Assembly: GCA_002441345.1 (NCBI GenBank)
Contig: DJVU01000081.1
Coordinates: forward strand, 11,886 to 75,885
Origin: Bacteroidales bacterium UBA6248
GTDB lineage: Bacteria > Bacteroidota > Bacteroidia > Bacteroidales > Lentimicrobiaceae
Direction of reading: 5' to 3'
Length of the DNA stretch: 64,000 nucleotides
The notes beneath the pieces were generated by a model. That model made no database searches and was not told where the DNA came from. It worked only from the letters and a program-made list of their open reading frames with translations. Of the stretch, positions 9,626 to 19,869 are shown in pieces. The first letter of the stretch is position 1. Each line of letters opens with the position of its first letter. The position numbers and the translations under genes are program-made.

Positions 9626-10747
9626 CTATTCCCCCGGTAGCACTTCTTCCAGCTTTTTCACAAGCGATTCACCCCTGAGCCTTCGGGCGATGATGTTGCC
9701 TTCGCGGTCGATCAGCACGGTATGAGGAATAGACTTAACCCCGTATGCTTTTGCTGCCTCGCTCTGCCAGTATTTTAGGTCACTCACCTGTGTCCATGTC
9801 AGCCCGTCTTTTGCAATCGCATTGATCCATGCATCCCGGTCTCTATCGAGGGACACGCCGAAAATTTCAAAGCCATGCTCCCTGAATCGGTTGTACATCC
9901 GTACTACTTCGGGATTTTCGCGCCTGCACGGGCCACACCATGACGCCCAGAAATCAATAAGTACCACCTTACCCCTCAGGTCGGAAAGTTTGCCGGCATC
10001 ACCTTCGGGCTTTGGCAGAATAATTTCCGGAGCAGGATTACCAGGAGCCAGTATCTTCTCAAGTTCGGTCCTCTGATACAGGTCATCTACGAGACTGAAC
10101 CCGGAATATCTTGAATACAAAGATTTTGCAACGGTATCGTAAATATCGAAATCAAGAGCAATATCCAATTCGTCTATAAAAAAAAGTGCTGCAGGAGAAT
10201 CCGGGTTGTTTGCCAGTGTTTCCCTGAGCATGCTCCTCAGTCCAGCTTCGTTTTCGTGATACGATTCAACGATAAGAGGCAGGCGGCCGGCGCTGTCGGG
10301 ATTTGCGGCCAGAGCACCGTACAGCTTTCCGATGCTGTCTTTCCGGACATCAAAGTACTTTACCTTTCCTGCTATTTCATATAAAAGGCTGGTGTGGGGC
10401 GATCCGTGGATCTGTACATTGCGGCTTAGGATCTCTGTTCCGGGTTCAAGGATAATCTTGTCTCCCCCCTCAACGATCAGCGAAAGAAAATTATCCGCCG
10501 AAAGCGACATTCGGTATAATGTAAGTCCATGAGCAGGCAGGCGTATTTCAAAATTCCCCGCTTCATCGGTGGTGGCAGTCAGCCCCTGCGAATTACCCGA
10601 AAGAAGGTTGGAAAAGGTAAGCTGAACACCGGAGACACGGGAACCGTCAAGTTTCCCGCTAACATCGGCTACGCCCTGAGAACGAGCAGAATATGTGCAA
10701 AACACAAACAGAAGTACAATTGCGGGATGAACACATTTCTTAACCAT
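9626..10747 (-). CDS. TlpA-family thiol:disulfide oxidoreductase
   Basis: GKVVLIDFWASWCGPCRRENP; GVSLD; IPHTVLIDREG; signal peptide. Confidence 0.92.
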   Translation of the reverse strand: MVKKCVHPAIVLLFVFCTYSARSQGVADVSGKLDGSRVSGVQLTFSNLLSGNSQGLTATTDEAGNFEIRLPAHGLTLYRMSLSADNFLSLIVEGGDKIILEPGTEILSRNVQIHGSPHTSLLYEIAGKVKYFDVRKDSIGKLYGALAANPDSAGRLPLIVESYHENEAGLRSMLRETLANNPDSPAALFFIDELDIALDFDIYDTVAKSLYSRYSGFSLVDDLYQRTELEKILAPGNPAPEIILPKPEGDAGKLSDLRGKVVLIDFWASWCGPCRRENPEVVRMYNRFREHGFEIFGVSLDRDRDAWINAIAKDGLTWTQVSDLKYWQSEAAKAYGVKSIPHTVLIDREGNIIARRLRGESLVKKLEEVLPGE

Positions 10748-11010
10748 CGATTTCGTTTTAGCAAACACAAACCTACGTGATTTTACCTATATTCCGTTCA
10801 GCAGCTTAAAAAAATTGCGGAATAGGCCCGGCAATGCTATACTAACCGGGCCTGTGGTGACTCTCCGATTCCTTGCTGCTATTATCGTAAAAAGCAACTG
10901 ATGGCTCATCAAGCCAGTCTTTTTGGAGTATAGAAGAGCCTACCGGGATGTTAATAACTTAATAAACGACAGAACCCGGGGATGAACCGAGTATTTCCTA
11001 TTTTTGAATT

Positions 11011-12543
11011 ATGGAAGATAACACAACGCCCCTTGCTGATCAGCGACGCAAAAGACAGACTAAGTCAAAGGCAATCAACGAGTTCTATGAGCACGGTAAA
11101 GTTCCGCCTCAGGCCATCGACCTGGAGGAAGCGGTTTTGGGAGCAATCTTACTCGAAAAAGACGCATTGGCATCAATTATTGATCTGATCAGACCCGGCG
11201 CATTTTACAAAGAATCGCACCAGATCATTTTTAATGCGATATCACGTCTGTTTTCCAAGGGAGAGCCGGTAGATATCCTTACCGTCACCAACGAACTGAA
11301 ATTCACCGGTGAGCTGGAGGCTGCCGGTGGTCCGTTTTATATTGCCCAACTAACGAACCGTATTGCTTCTGCTGCAAATACTGAATTTCACGCGCGCATT
11401 CTGCTGCAGAAGTTTATTCAAAGGGAACTTATCCGTATTTCCACCGACATCATTCACGATGCATACGAAGATACTACGGATGTTTTTGAATTGCTCGACA
11501 AAGCGGAGAACCAGTTATTCAGTGTGGGGGAGAACAACATGAGGAGGAATTATCTGGACATGCACTCACTTATAAGGGATGCTGTTAAGAACATTGAGGC
11601 TGCCAAAAACAAACCGGGACAGTTTACGGGCGTTCCATCGGGTTTTACCGAGCTTGACCGGGTTACTGCAGGCTGGCAACCTTCCGACCTGATTATTGTT
11701 GCTGCCCGTCCGGGTATGGGTAAAACGGCCTTTGTACTCACTATTGCCCGCAATGTTGCCGTCGACTTTAAACGACCCGTTGCTGTTTTCTCACTCGAAA
11801 TGGCATCGGTACAGCTTGTAACCAGGCTTATCTCTGCCGAAGCTCAGCTGCCCGGCGACAAACTGAGAAAGGGTAATCTCGAGAATTACGAATGGGAACA
11901 ACTCAATTCCCGCATCAACACGCTGATCGATGCTCCTTTGTATATTGACGACACCCCTTCACTCTCGGTATTTGAGTTACGGGCCAAATGCAGAAGATTA
12001 AAGGCTCAGCACGACATTCAGCTGGTCATCATCGACTACATTCAGCTTATGTCGGCAGGAATCGACCGGAACAATGGAAACAGGGAGCAGGAAATAAGTA
12101 CCATATCGCGCTCGCTGAAGAGTCTGGCAAAAGAACTCAACATACCTGTGATCGCGCTTTCCCAGCTAAACCGTTCGGTAGAGCAGCGCCCAAATAAAAA
12201 ACCACTTCTGTCCGACCTGCGCGAATCGGGAGCCATTGAGCAGGATGCCGATATGGTTGTATTCATTTACCGCCCTGAATATTACAACCAAAACGTTGAC
12301 AACGGTGGAGAAAGCCTTGCAGGACATTCCGAAATCATCATCGCCAAACATCGTAACGGAGCATTAAAGGAAGTGCCTCTAAAATTTATCAGCAAATACG
12401 CCAAGTTTACGGATCTCGATCCCTCCGATTACAACCTTCAGCCTGGTCTGAATCCCAACGGCAATTTCGAACAGTCGGTTAACACCGTAACCGTGCAGTC
12501 GAAAATGAACGACATGAATGAGGAGACTGAAATTCCGTACTAG
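11011..12543 (+). CDS. dnaB: Replicative DNA helicase
   Basis: PPQAIDLEEAVLG; AARPGMGKT; FSLEM; IIDYIQLM; LSQLNR; SDLRESGAIEQDAD; TATTTTTG promoter at 10999. Confidence 0.98.
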   Translation: MEDNTTPLADQRRKRQTKSKAINEFYEHGKVPPQAIDLEEAVLGAILLEKDALASIIDLIRPGAFYKESHQIIFNAISRLFSKGEPVDILTVTNELKFTGELEAAGGPFYIAQLTNRIASAANTEFHARILLQKFIQRELIRISTDIIHDAYEDTTDVFELLDKAENQLFSVGENNMRRNYLDMHSLIRDAVKNIEAAKNKPGQFTGVPSGFTELDRVTAGWQPSDLIIVAARPGMGKTAFVLTIARNVAVDFKRPVAVFSLEMASVQLVTRLISAEAQLPGDKLRKGNLENYEWEQLNSRINTLIDAPLYIDDTPSLSVFELRAKCRRLKAQHDIQLVIIDYIQLMSAGIDRNNGNREQEISTISRSLKSLAKELNIPVIALSQLNRSVEQRPNKKPLLSDLRESGAIEQDADMVVFIYRPEYYNQNVDNGGESLAGHSEIIIAKHRNGALKEVPLKFISKYAKFTDLDPSDYNLQPGLNPNGNFEQSVNTVTVQSKMNDMNEETEIPY

Positions 12544-12639
12544 AGTATTTAATGCTGCGATTCTAAACATTCTTTTACAGCCCGGGTAACAAAACAGCTT
12601 ATCCGGGCGTTTAAGATCATAAATAACGCCTTGCCTGCA

Positions 12640-13899
12640 ATGAAAAAGAAATTCTTTACAGCCCTGGTTCTGGTATTGTTTTCCATACCGCTTATGGCTG
12701 CTTATATTCTTATCCCTATGGATAAGACCCAGAAAAATCATCTGAAAGCGTATGGAATTGCTTACTGGACACTCGAACAGAACGTTGAGGTAAGCTGGCT
12801 CCTGAATTACAGGGGCGGAAGTTTTATGTTCCGGCAGCATCCTCTGCTGGAAGCAGAATGTGTAGTACGAGGCGTTAGTTTCAGCGTGATTGCCGACATT
12901 CAGGCCGATGCCATACTGACTGAAATTGCCGATCCCGCGGCAAATATGGACGAGATGAAGCTGCAGAAAGCTCCCAGAATTGCCGTTTATACCCCCAAGA
13001 ATAAACTTCCCTGGGACGATGCAGTTACTCTGGCTCTTACCTATGCGGAAATTCCGTACGATGTCGTTTACGATGATGAGGTAATTGGAGGAGTGCTGCC
13101 ACTATACGACTGGCTGCACCTCCACCACGAAGACTTCACCGGGCAGTACGGAAAATTCTGGGCTGCCTACCGCAACGCCCCCTGGTATCAGGAAGATGTA
13201 AGAAAAACCGAAGCCACAGCAGAAAGACTGGGTTTCAGCAAAGTGTCGCACCTTAAAAGAGCCGTTGCACACAAAATCAGAGAATTTACTTCAGGCGGCG
13301 GCTATCTCTTTGCCATGTGCTCAGCTCCTGACAGTTACGACGTTGCATTAGCCGCCGAAAACATTGATATATGCGATGTTATGTTCGACGGCGATCCGGC
13401 CGATCCGGATGCCAATAAAAAACTGGAATACCACAACTGTTTTGCATTTACCGATTTCAGCCTGGTAATGAATCCTTACGAATACGAAATCTCGAACATT
13501 GATGTGACTACCACCCGGAAGGTTATGATGACCAACGACTTCTTCACTCTATTCGATTTCTCGGCTAAATGGGATCCCGTTCCCACTATGCTCACTCAGA
13601 GTCATGAAAGGGTTATCAAAGGATTTATGGGACAAACCACCGCATTTAACAAAGATTTTGTGAAACCAAACGCTGTGGTAATGGGCGAGAATAAAGCCGC
13701 TAACGAAGCCCGGTACATACATGGTACATACGGCAAGGGCACCTGGACGTTCTATGGCGGTCACGATCCGGAGGACTATCAGCACCTGGTCGGAGATCCT
13801 CCGACAGACCTCAACATGTATCCGAATTCACCGGGTTACCGGTTGATTCTCAACAACGTTTTATTCCCTGCTGCCAAAAAGAAAAAACAAAAAACCTAA
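12640..13899 (+). CDS. Conserved exported Bacteroidota protein, class I glutamine amidotransferase-like fold (often labelled asparagine synthetase B)
   Basis: Signal peptide; PWDDAV; YDWLHLHHEDFTGQYG; GGYLFAMCSA elbow; GGHDPEDY. Confidence 0.7.
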   Translation: MKKKFFTALVLVLFSIPLMAAYILIPMDKTQKNHLKAYGIAYWTLEQNVEVSWLLNYRGGSFMFRQHPLLEAECVVRGVSFSVIADIQADAILTEIADPAANMDEMKLQKAPRIAVYTPKNKLPWDDAVTLALTYAEIPYDVVYDDEVIGGVLPLYDWLHLHHEDFTGQYGKFWAAYRNAPWYQEDVRKTEATAERLGFSKVSHLKRAVAHKIREFTSGGGYLFAMCSAPDSYDVALAAENIDICDVMFDGDPADPDANKKLEYHNCFAFTDFSLVMNPYEYEISNIDVTTTRKVMMTNDFFTLFDFSAKWDPVPTMLTQSHERVIKGFMGQTTAFNKDFVKPNAVVMGENKAANEARYIHGTYGKGTWTFYGGHDPEDYQHLVGDPPTDLNMYPNSPGYRLILNNVLFPAAKKKKQKT

Positions 13900-13955
13900 G
13901 ACCATTCCGGGACACCGGGTTCATGCTACATTTAACAACACGTACGAAACCCTAT

Positions 13956-16334
13956 ATGCGAAAAATCGCCTTCTTTCTGCTGTTTGCAGTGCTTATGCCT
14001 GTTCACGAACTAACAGCCCAGTCAAGGTATTCTATCAGTGGATATGTCAGAGAAAAAGGAAGCCGGGAGTTACTGCCCGGAGTAAATGTTTACATCCCGG
14101 CACTTCGTACCGGCACCGTAACAAACAATTATGGCTTCTATTCCCTCACCTTACCGGCCGGAGAATACAGTGTAACATACTCCTATGTGGGGTATAACCC
14201 GGAAAGCCGGGACTTTTCACTTAATGGCTCTGTTCTTGAAGATGTGGAACTCGAATCATCGATAATGCTTAGTGAAGTTACCATCTCAGCTCTGAAAGCC
14301 GAACGCATAAGCGAAAGCAACCAGATGAGTATGGTTTCGCTGCCTGTTCATCAGATTCGTAACATCCCGGCACTACTTGGCGAAAAGGATGTTTTTAAAG
14401 CCCTTCAGCTGATGCCGGGAGTACAAAAAGGCTCAGAAGGAAGCAGCGGGCTCTATGTTAGGGGCGGTGGCCCCGATCAGAACCTGATAATTCTCGATGA
14501 CGCTCCGGTGTACAATGCAAGTCATTTGTTCGGATTCTTTTCCGTATTCAACGGCGACGCCCTCAAAAGTGTGGAATTGACGAAGGGCGGATTCCCGGCA
14601 CGCTTTGGCGGAAGATTATCATCGGTCGTGGAAATGACCATGAAAGACGGAAACAAACAGGACTTTTCCGGAGAGGCCGGCATAGGGCTGATAGCCTCAA
14701 GACTACTGCTGGAAGGACCGATAAAAAAGGACACTTCCTCGTTTCTTATTTCTGCACGTCGTACGTACATCGACGTGCTTGCCCGACCCTTTATGCCGGA
14801 AGATGAGAATGCAGGATACTATTTCTACGACCTGAACGCAAAACTCAACTACGACTTCGGGCCAAAGAACAAAGTTTATCTGTCGGGCTATTTCGGACGC
14901 GACAAATTCCATATCCGCGACGAATACAATTACGATTATTCCAAAGGATACAACAAAGCAGGATTATACTGGCAGAACGCCACGGCAACCCTGCGCTGGA
15001 ACCATCTGATCAGTAACCGCATCTTTACCAACACCTCACTCATCTACAGCCGCTATAACCTTACCATCTACAACGAAGAAAAATACTCAAATGAGACTTA
15101 TACTCTAAAGTATTATTCCGGCATACGCGATTTAGCCTTAAAATCGGATCTTGAATATCACATTTCCCCTAACTACCTGTTCAGGGCTGGTATTCTAACC
15201 ACCAATCATCTCTTTACACCGTCTGCAATTGTTGAAAAAGACAGTGAAACACTGCTGGATTTCAAAAACTCAACCAAATACAATTCCCTTGAATCCGGGA
15301 TTTACATCGAGAACCATTTTAACTTCCGGCATCGTTTGCAAATAAATGCAGGAATCCGGTTCGGTCATTTTTTGGCTGAAAAGAAGAACTATTTCTCCGC
15401 CGAACCACGGTTTTCCGCCAACTATCTTATCGTTGAAGGACTTTCGGCAAAAGTCGCCTATGCCATGATGAATCAGTACATTCATCTGCTTAGCAATACC
15501 GGTATCGGACTTCCCACCGATTTGTGGGTTCCTTCCACCGACCGGGTAAAACCCCAGCGCTCAAATCAGGTTTCTCTGGGAATTGCAAAAGATCTGGTAT
15601 CGCAAAACCTTACGCTGACGCTTGAAGGGTATTATAAAACCAGCAGTAATATTTTAGGTTATAAACCCGGTGCAAGCTTTCTGCTGATCGATGACCCCTC
15701 GGGAGCAAACAACTTCACCTGGCAGGACAATGTTACCGACGGGTCAGGACGATCCTACGGAGCGGAGGTTATGTTACAGCGTAAGTCGGGCAAACTTAGC
15801 GGCTGGATTGGCTATACACTTTCGTGGACAAAACTGAAATTCGATGAGATCAATTTTGGAGAGGAATACTTTGCCCGTCACGACCGAAGGCACGACCTGG
15901 CGCTGGTACTGATTTATGAAGCTTCCAAAAATATCACCTTTTCAGGAACCTGGGTTTATGGAACCGGAAATGCCATAACGCTTCCCCTCGGAGAGTTTCA
16001 GGGCTCGATGCACGACCCGTTTAAAGACTACATTGAATCCGCAACCGGATCGCAGTATTACTGGTACTACAACACCGTTACCGACTACGGCGGGGTGAAT
16101 GCTTTCCGCATGAAGGCATACCACCGCCTTGATCTGGCCGTGCAGTTCCACAAACAAAGAAGCTGGTTTGAACGTACCTGGGAACTTGGATTATACAACG
16201 CTTACAGCCGGAAAAACCCCTTCTTCTATTTCATAGAAAGCGAGTACCGTGAAAACGGCGAATCCATCAGCAAGCTGAAGCAGGTTGCCATCTTTCCCAT
16301 CATTCCTTCTGTTTCGTACAACATAAAATTCTGA
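13956..16334 (+). CDS. TonB-dependent receptor with N-terminal carboxypeptidase regulatory-like domain
   Basis: GTVTNNYGFYSL; plug LQLMPGV...YVRGGGPDQN; GGRLSS; C-terminal YNIKF. Confidence 0.93.
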   Translation: MRKIAFFLLFAVLMPVHELTAQSRYSISGYVREKGSRELLPGVNVYIPALRTGTVTNNYGFYSLTLPAGEYSVTYSYVGYNPESRDFSLNGSVLEDVELESSIMLSEVTISALKAERISESNQMSMVSLPVHQIRNIPALLGEKDVFKALQLMPGVQKGSEGSSGLYVRGGGPDQNLIILDDAPVYNASHLFGFFSVFNGDALKSVELTKGGFPARFGGRLSSVVEMTMKDGNKQDFSGEAGIGLIASRLLLEGPIKKDTSSFLISARRTYIDVLARPFMPEDENAGYYFYDLNAKLNYDFGPKNKVYLSGYFGRDKFHIRDEYNYDYSKGYNKAGLYWQNATATLRWNHLISNRIFTNTSLIYSRYNLTIYNEEKYSNETYTLKYYSGIRDLALKSDLEYHISPNYLFRAGILTTNHLFTPSAIVEKDSETLLDFKNSTKYNSLESGIYIENHFNFRHRLQINAGIRFGHFLAEKKNYFSAEPRFSANYLIVEGLSAKVAYAMMNQYIHLLSNTGIGLPTDLWVPSTDRVKPQRSNQVSLGIAKDLVSQNLTLTLEGYYKTSSNILGYKPGASFLLIDDPSGANNFTWQDNVTDGSGRSYGAEVMLQRKSGKLSGWIGYTLSWTKLKFDEINFGEEYFARHDRRHDLALVLIYEASKNITFSGTWVYGTGNAITLPLGEFQGSMHDPFKDYIESATGSQYYWYYNTVTDYGGVNAFRMKAYHRLDLAVQFHKQRSWFERTWELGLYNAYSRKNPFFYFIESEYRENGESISKLKQVAIFPIIPSVSYNIKF

Positions 16335-16338
16335 GGTC

Positions 16339-17208
16339 ATGAAAGCACCATATAACTTCCTTTTCCGCTTTATTTATTTACTTCCGATCTTTTTGCTTGC
16401 TTCCTGTGAAGAACTGATTTCGGATGTGGATGCTCCGGTCAGCAGTCCGAAGCTGGTGGTAAATGCAGTGCTTATTCCCGAGGCTCCCGAAATCGAACTT
16501 TATCTTTACCTGAGTACACCTCTTTACACTCCACACCAGTCAAGCGATCTCAACATCGTTTCAGATGGCACGGTAATCATAAGTTCCGAAAATCAGCAGA
16601 TTACGTTACCCTTTGATGAGGCCTCACAAAGGTACCGGATCGAAGCCGGGCTTTTTCCTGTTGTTGCTGGGAAGGAATACGCGCTTTTAATCACTACACC
16701 GGCTGGTTACCGGGCCGAAGCCAGCTGTACGGTGCCTGCTGATACTCCTCCTGCTCCTGAGGTAACAGCCAGACAGGTAACGGAAGAATACGGCAGTCAG
16801 TTAATTTCTTACAGTTTTCGGTTCAGGGACATTAGCGGGGAAGGGCATTATTATGCCACTGCACTTCTGAACTCGTTTGTGGATGAAGACGGGAACATCT
16901 ATCCTGCCTATGATCCCGGTCTGGACCGGGGTGAGCGCTATTCAAGCGATGCTCACAGAGATGGAGAGTATTTCAACTTTAAAACTAGTTCATTTTATGA
17001 AGGGGCAGGCCAGAAAACGGAGTTCATGGTCTGGATTGCAGTAACCGACCGGAACTATTATCTGTACCATCGCTCGGTATCATCCTTTGAGGGAGAGGAC
17101 CCCTTCTCTGAGCCTGTGCCGGTTTATTCAAACATTAAAGGAGGGCTCGGCTATTTTGGAGCAGCCCGCGGACAGTTCCATATTCTGGAAGATCCGGAAC
17201 AAAACTGA
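16339..17208 (+). CDS. DUF4249-family lipoprotein partner of the TonB-dependent receptor
   Basis: Lipobox LASC; FRD; PFSEP..VYSNIKGGLGYFGA. Confidence 0.85.
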   Translation: MKAPYNFLFRFIYLLPIFLLASCEELISDVDAPVSSPKLVVNAVLIPEAPEIELYLYLSTPLYTPHQSSDLNIVSDGTVIISSENQQITLPFDEASQRYRIEAGLFPVVAGKEYALLITTPAGYRAEASCTVPADTPPAPEVTARQVTEEYGSQLISYSFRFRDISGEGHYYATALLNSFVDEDGNIYPAYDPGLDRGERYSSDAHRDGEYFNFKTSSFYEGAGQKTEFMVWIAVTDRNYYLYHRSVSSFEGEDPFSEPVPVYSNIKGGLGYFGAARGQFHILEDPEQN

Positions 17209-17214
17209 TACTGT

Positions 17215-17706
17215 TTACTTTCGTTCGTAAATCACGTAGGAATAATCGAATCCCAGGGTTTCGGCGGCTGTAATATCCTCTCTGCTGACCTCCTTCCATT
17301 CCGAAAAATCAATCGCAGGAAAGAACGTATCTGCATCAAAATTCTTGTGAACGAATGTAAGATACAATCTGTCAGCCAGAGGCATGAACTGTTTGTATAC
17401 CATTCCGCCCCCGATGATAAAATTCTCGCGCTCAGCATCCATTTTCTCTATAGCATCGTCGATGGAATAAGCCATGGTGCATCCGGGAATTTCTTCATCA
17501 GGCACATCGGTAATCACCACACTCCGCCTGTTGGGCAGCGGCCGGAGCGGAAGAGATTCAAAAGTCCGTTTTCCCATGACAATGGTATGACCTGTTGTAA
17601 GCTTTTTAAAGCGTTTAAGATCCTCCGGTATATGCCAGAGAAGGCTGTTATCCTTGCCGATGGCCAGATTGTCGGCTATGGCTACTATTATTGAGATTGG
17701 CTTCAT
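17215..17706 (-). CDS. folA: Dihydrofolate reductase
   Basis: IGKDNSLLWHIPEDLKRFK; MGKRTFESL; RPLPNR; IIGGG; ADTFFP. Confidence 0.97.
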   Translation of the reverse strand: MKPISIIVAIADNLAIGKDNSLLWHIPEDLKRFKKLTTGHTIVMGKRTFESLPLRPLPNRRSVVITDVPDEEIPGCTMAYSIDDAIEKMDAERENFIIGGGMVYKQFMPLADRLYLTFVHKNFDADTFFPAIDFSEWKEVSREDITAAETLGFDYSYVIYERK

Positions 17707-17753
17707 TGTCAATGCGATGTTAGTGTAAACGGGTTTATGCAAACAAAATGCCA

Positions 17754-18548
17754 CTATACGGCAACGGGTGCTTTAATATGCGGGTGTGGGTCGTAGCCTT
17801 CCAGGGTGAAATCGCCGAAGGTAAAACCAAAAATATCCCTGATATCCGGATTAATAACCATTTGAGGCAGGGGACGGAAGTCGCGGCTGAGCTGCAGCTG
17901 AACCTGATCCAGGTGATTGAGGTAAATGTGGGCGTCGCCGAAAGTATGTATAAACTCTCCGGGCCTCAGTCCCGTAACCTGAGCCATCATCATGGTAAGA
18001 AGAGCATAGGATGCAATATTGAAAGGAACACCAAGGAAAATATCGGCGCTTCTCTGATAGAGCTGACAGGAAAGGCGTCCGTTTGCCACATAAAACTGAA
18101 ACAGTACGTGACAGGGAGGGAGAGCCATTTTCTGAATATCTCCCGGATTCCAGGCACTTACCATAATACGTCGGGAGTCAGGATTCTTCCTGATAAGTGA
18201 TACAACTTCAGAAATCTGATCAATTGTGTTTCCGTCTCCCGATCTCCAGGATCTCCACTGATGCCCGTAGACCGGCCCAAGATCGCCATTGGCGTCTGCC
18301 CATTCATCCCAGATCGTAACCTTATTTTCGTGCAGATAGCGGATATTGGTATCTCCTTTCAGGAACCACAGCAGCTCATGGATTATAGACCGGAGGTGCA
18401 GTTTTTTGGTAGTAAGAACAGGGAATCCCTGTTCAAGGTCGAATCGCATCTGGTATCCAAACACGCTGATTGTACCGGTACCGGTCCGGTCCTCTTTCCT
18501 AATTCCGGTTTCAAGCACATGCTTCAGCAGGTCGTGGTATTGCTTCAT
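17754..18548 (-). CDS. thyA: Thymidylate synthase
   Basis: DRTGTGT; ELLWFL; MALPPCH; [14 protein letters not shown]; 264 aa from ATG 18548; TAAATTTG promoter upstream. Confidence 0.98.
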   Translation of the reverse strand: MKQYHDLLKHVLETGIRKEDRTGTGTISVFGYQMRFDLEQGFPVLTTKKLHLRSIIHELLWFLKGDTNIRYLHENKVTIWDEWADANGDLGPVYGHQWRSWRSGDGNTIDQISEVVSLIRKNPDSRRIMVSAWNPGDIQKMALPPCHVLFQFYVANGRLSCQLYQRSADIFLGVPFNIASYALLTMMMAQVTGLRPGEFIHTFGDAHIYLNHLDQVQLQLSRDFRPLPQMVINPDIRDIFGFTFGDFTLEGYDPHPHIKAPVAV

Positions 18549-18740
18549 TGGCAGTTTGAGTTTCTGCAAATTTAACATTAAACGTTTTTACAGCAAGGCT
18601 CGGAAATAATGAAGCTCAACTTTCTTGTATAGAATCGTTAATATCCGGTTATACCCATCGGAATGCCCTTCTCCATGGTTTAATAACCCATTTAAGTTCA
18701 GCTAACTGCCCGGATCGTGGTTAATGTATTTCTCTGTGAA

Positions 18741-19823
18741 TCACTCGCTGCGTTTGGAATAGTGTTTCGAATCGCCCCATTCATCAAAGCCGATTTTGTT
18801 GCCCGACATATGAATTCTTGCTTCCAGGCAGTTTTTGCAATCGGAGGCCTCTTCATCCGTACACGGTTTGTTTTCATACAGCTTGTAATCGTTCCTGTAT
18901 TGTCCCGGTGTAATATTCGGCATTATTATATTGGCTCCTATTTTCAGGGCTTTTTCTCTTCCGATGGGGTCAATAGCCTGAAGTGCTGTGGCAGATGCGA
19001 TGTTAATATCCTTCATTAATAATCTCAGGATGGCTATCATCTTCAATGCCAGATCGAATCGTTCATCGAGAGGAAGAAGCTGATCCCTGAATTCCCACAA
19101 AGGAGTATCGGCATGCTCTATGTACGGTCCCATTCCGCACATATCGATATCCAGCTGCTTCATAAACATCAGATCTTCGGCCAGATGCTCAGGGGTTTGA
19201 AACGGAAGACCGATCATGACTCCTGTACCTACCTGATATCCGGCTTCACGAAGATCGTAAAGAGCCTGAAGTCTGCGTTCGAAACGGTGGGTTTCGTCTC
19301 CCGGATGAATTTTGTAATACAAATCGCGATTCGAGGACTCGATGCGCAGAAGATAACGATGAGCTCCGGCTTCGTACCAGCGCCGGTAAACCTCAGGGGT
19401 TTGTTCTCCCACCGACAAGGTTATCCCCAGTTTCCCGCCGGAGATTTCCTTTATTTTACGAAGGAGTTTTTCAATGCGAGTTGTAAAAACTTCACCTTCA
19501 ATCTCCCCGCCCTGCAAAACAACGGAACCATAGTTACTTTCATACGCAAATCGCGCAGCTTCTATAATTTGTTCGTCCGGAAGATTGTATCGCTTTACAT
19601 TGCGGTTTCCCTTACGGATGCCGCAATAGTAGCAGTTCTTACTGCAGATGTTTGAAAATTCAATAAGTCCGCGGAAATAGACAACATTTCCGACGTATTT
19701 TTCCTTCACTTCAGCTGCTTTCGCAAAAAGCTTTCCGCGGTTTTCACCTTCAGAAAGAAGCAAATGAACAATATCTTGTTTTGTGAGCTCAGGTTTTGCC
19801 AGAATATCGGTAAATGAGTCCAT
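18741..19823 (-). CDS. hydE: [FeFe]-hydrogenase H-cluster radical SAM maturase HydE
   Basis: RGLIEFSNIC; CSKNCYYC; RYLLRIE; MIGLPFQT; MPNITP; YKLYENKP; C-terminal Cx7Cx2C. Confidence 0.88.
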   Translation of the reverse strand: MDSFTDILAKPELTKQDIVHLLLSEGENRGKLFAKAAEVKEKYVGNVVYFRGLIEFSNICSKNCYYCGIRKGNRNVKRYNLPDEQIIEAARFAYESNYGSVVLQGGEIEGEVFTTRIEKLLRKIKEISGGKLGITLSVGEQTPEVYRRWYEAGAHRYLLRIESSNRDLYYKIHPGDETHRFERRLQALYDLREAGYQVGTGVMIGLPFQTPEHLAEDLMFMKQLDIDMCGMGPYIEHADTPLWEFRDQLLPLDERFDLALKMIAILRLLMKDINIASATALQAIDPIGREKALKIGANIIMPNITPGQYRNDYKLYENKPCTDEEASDCKNCLEARIHMSGNKIGFDEWGDSKHYSKRSE

Positions 19824-19869
19824 GACAGCAGTGAATTATTTCTCTGCAAAGGTAGCTCAAATTCGCTTA

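Noticed and set aside
18741-19823. Biotin synthase BioB
   Set aside because: Lacks the BioB YNHNL motif; has HydE-type RGLIE, RYLLRIE and YxLY motifs
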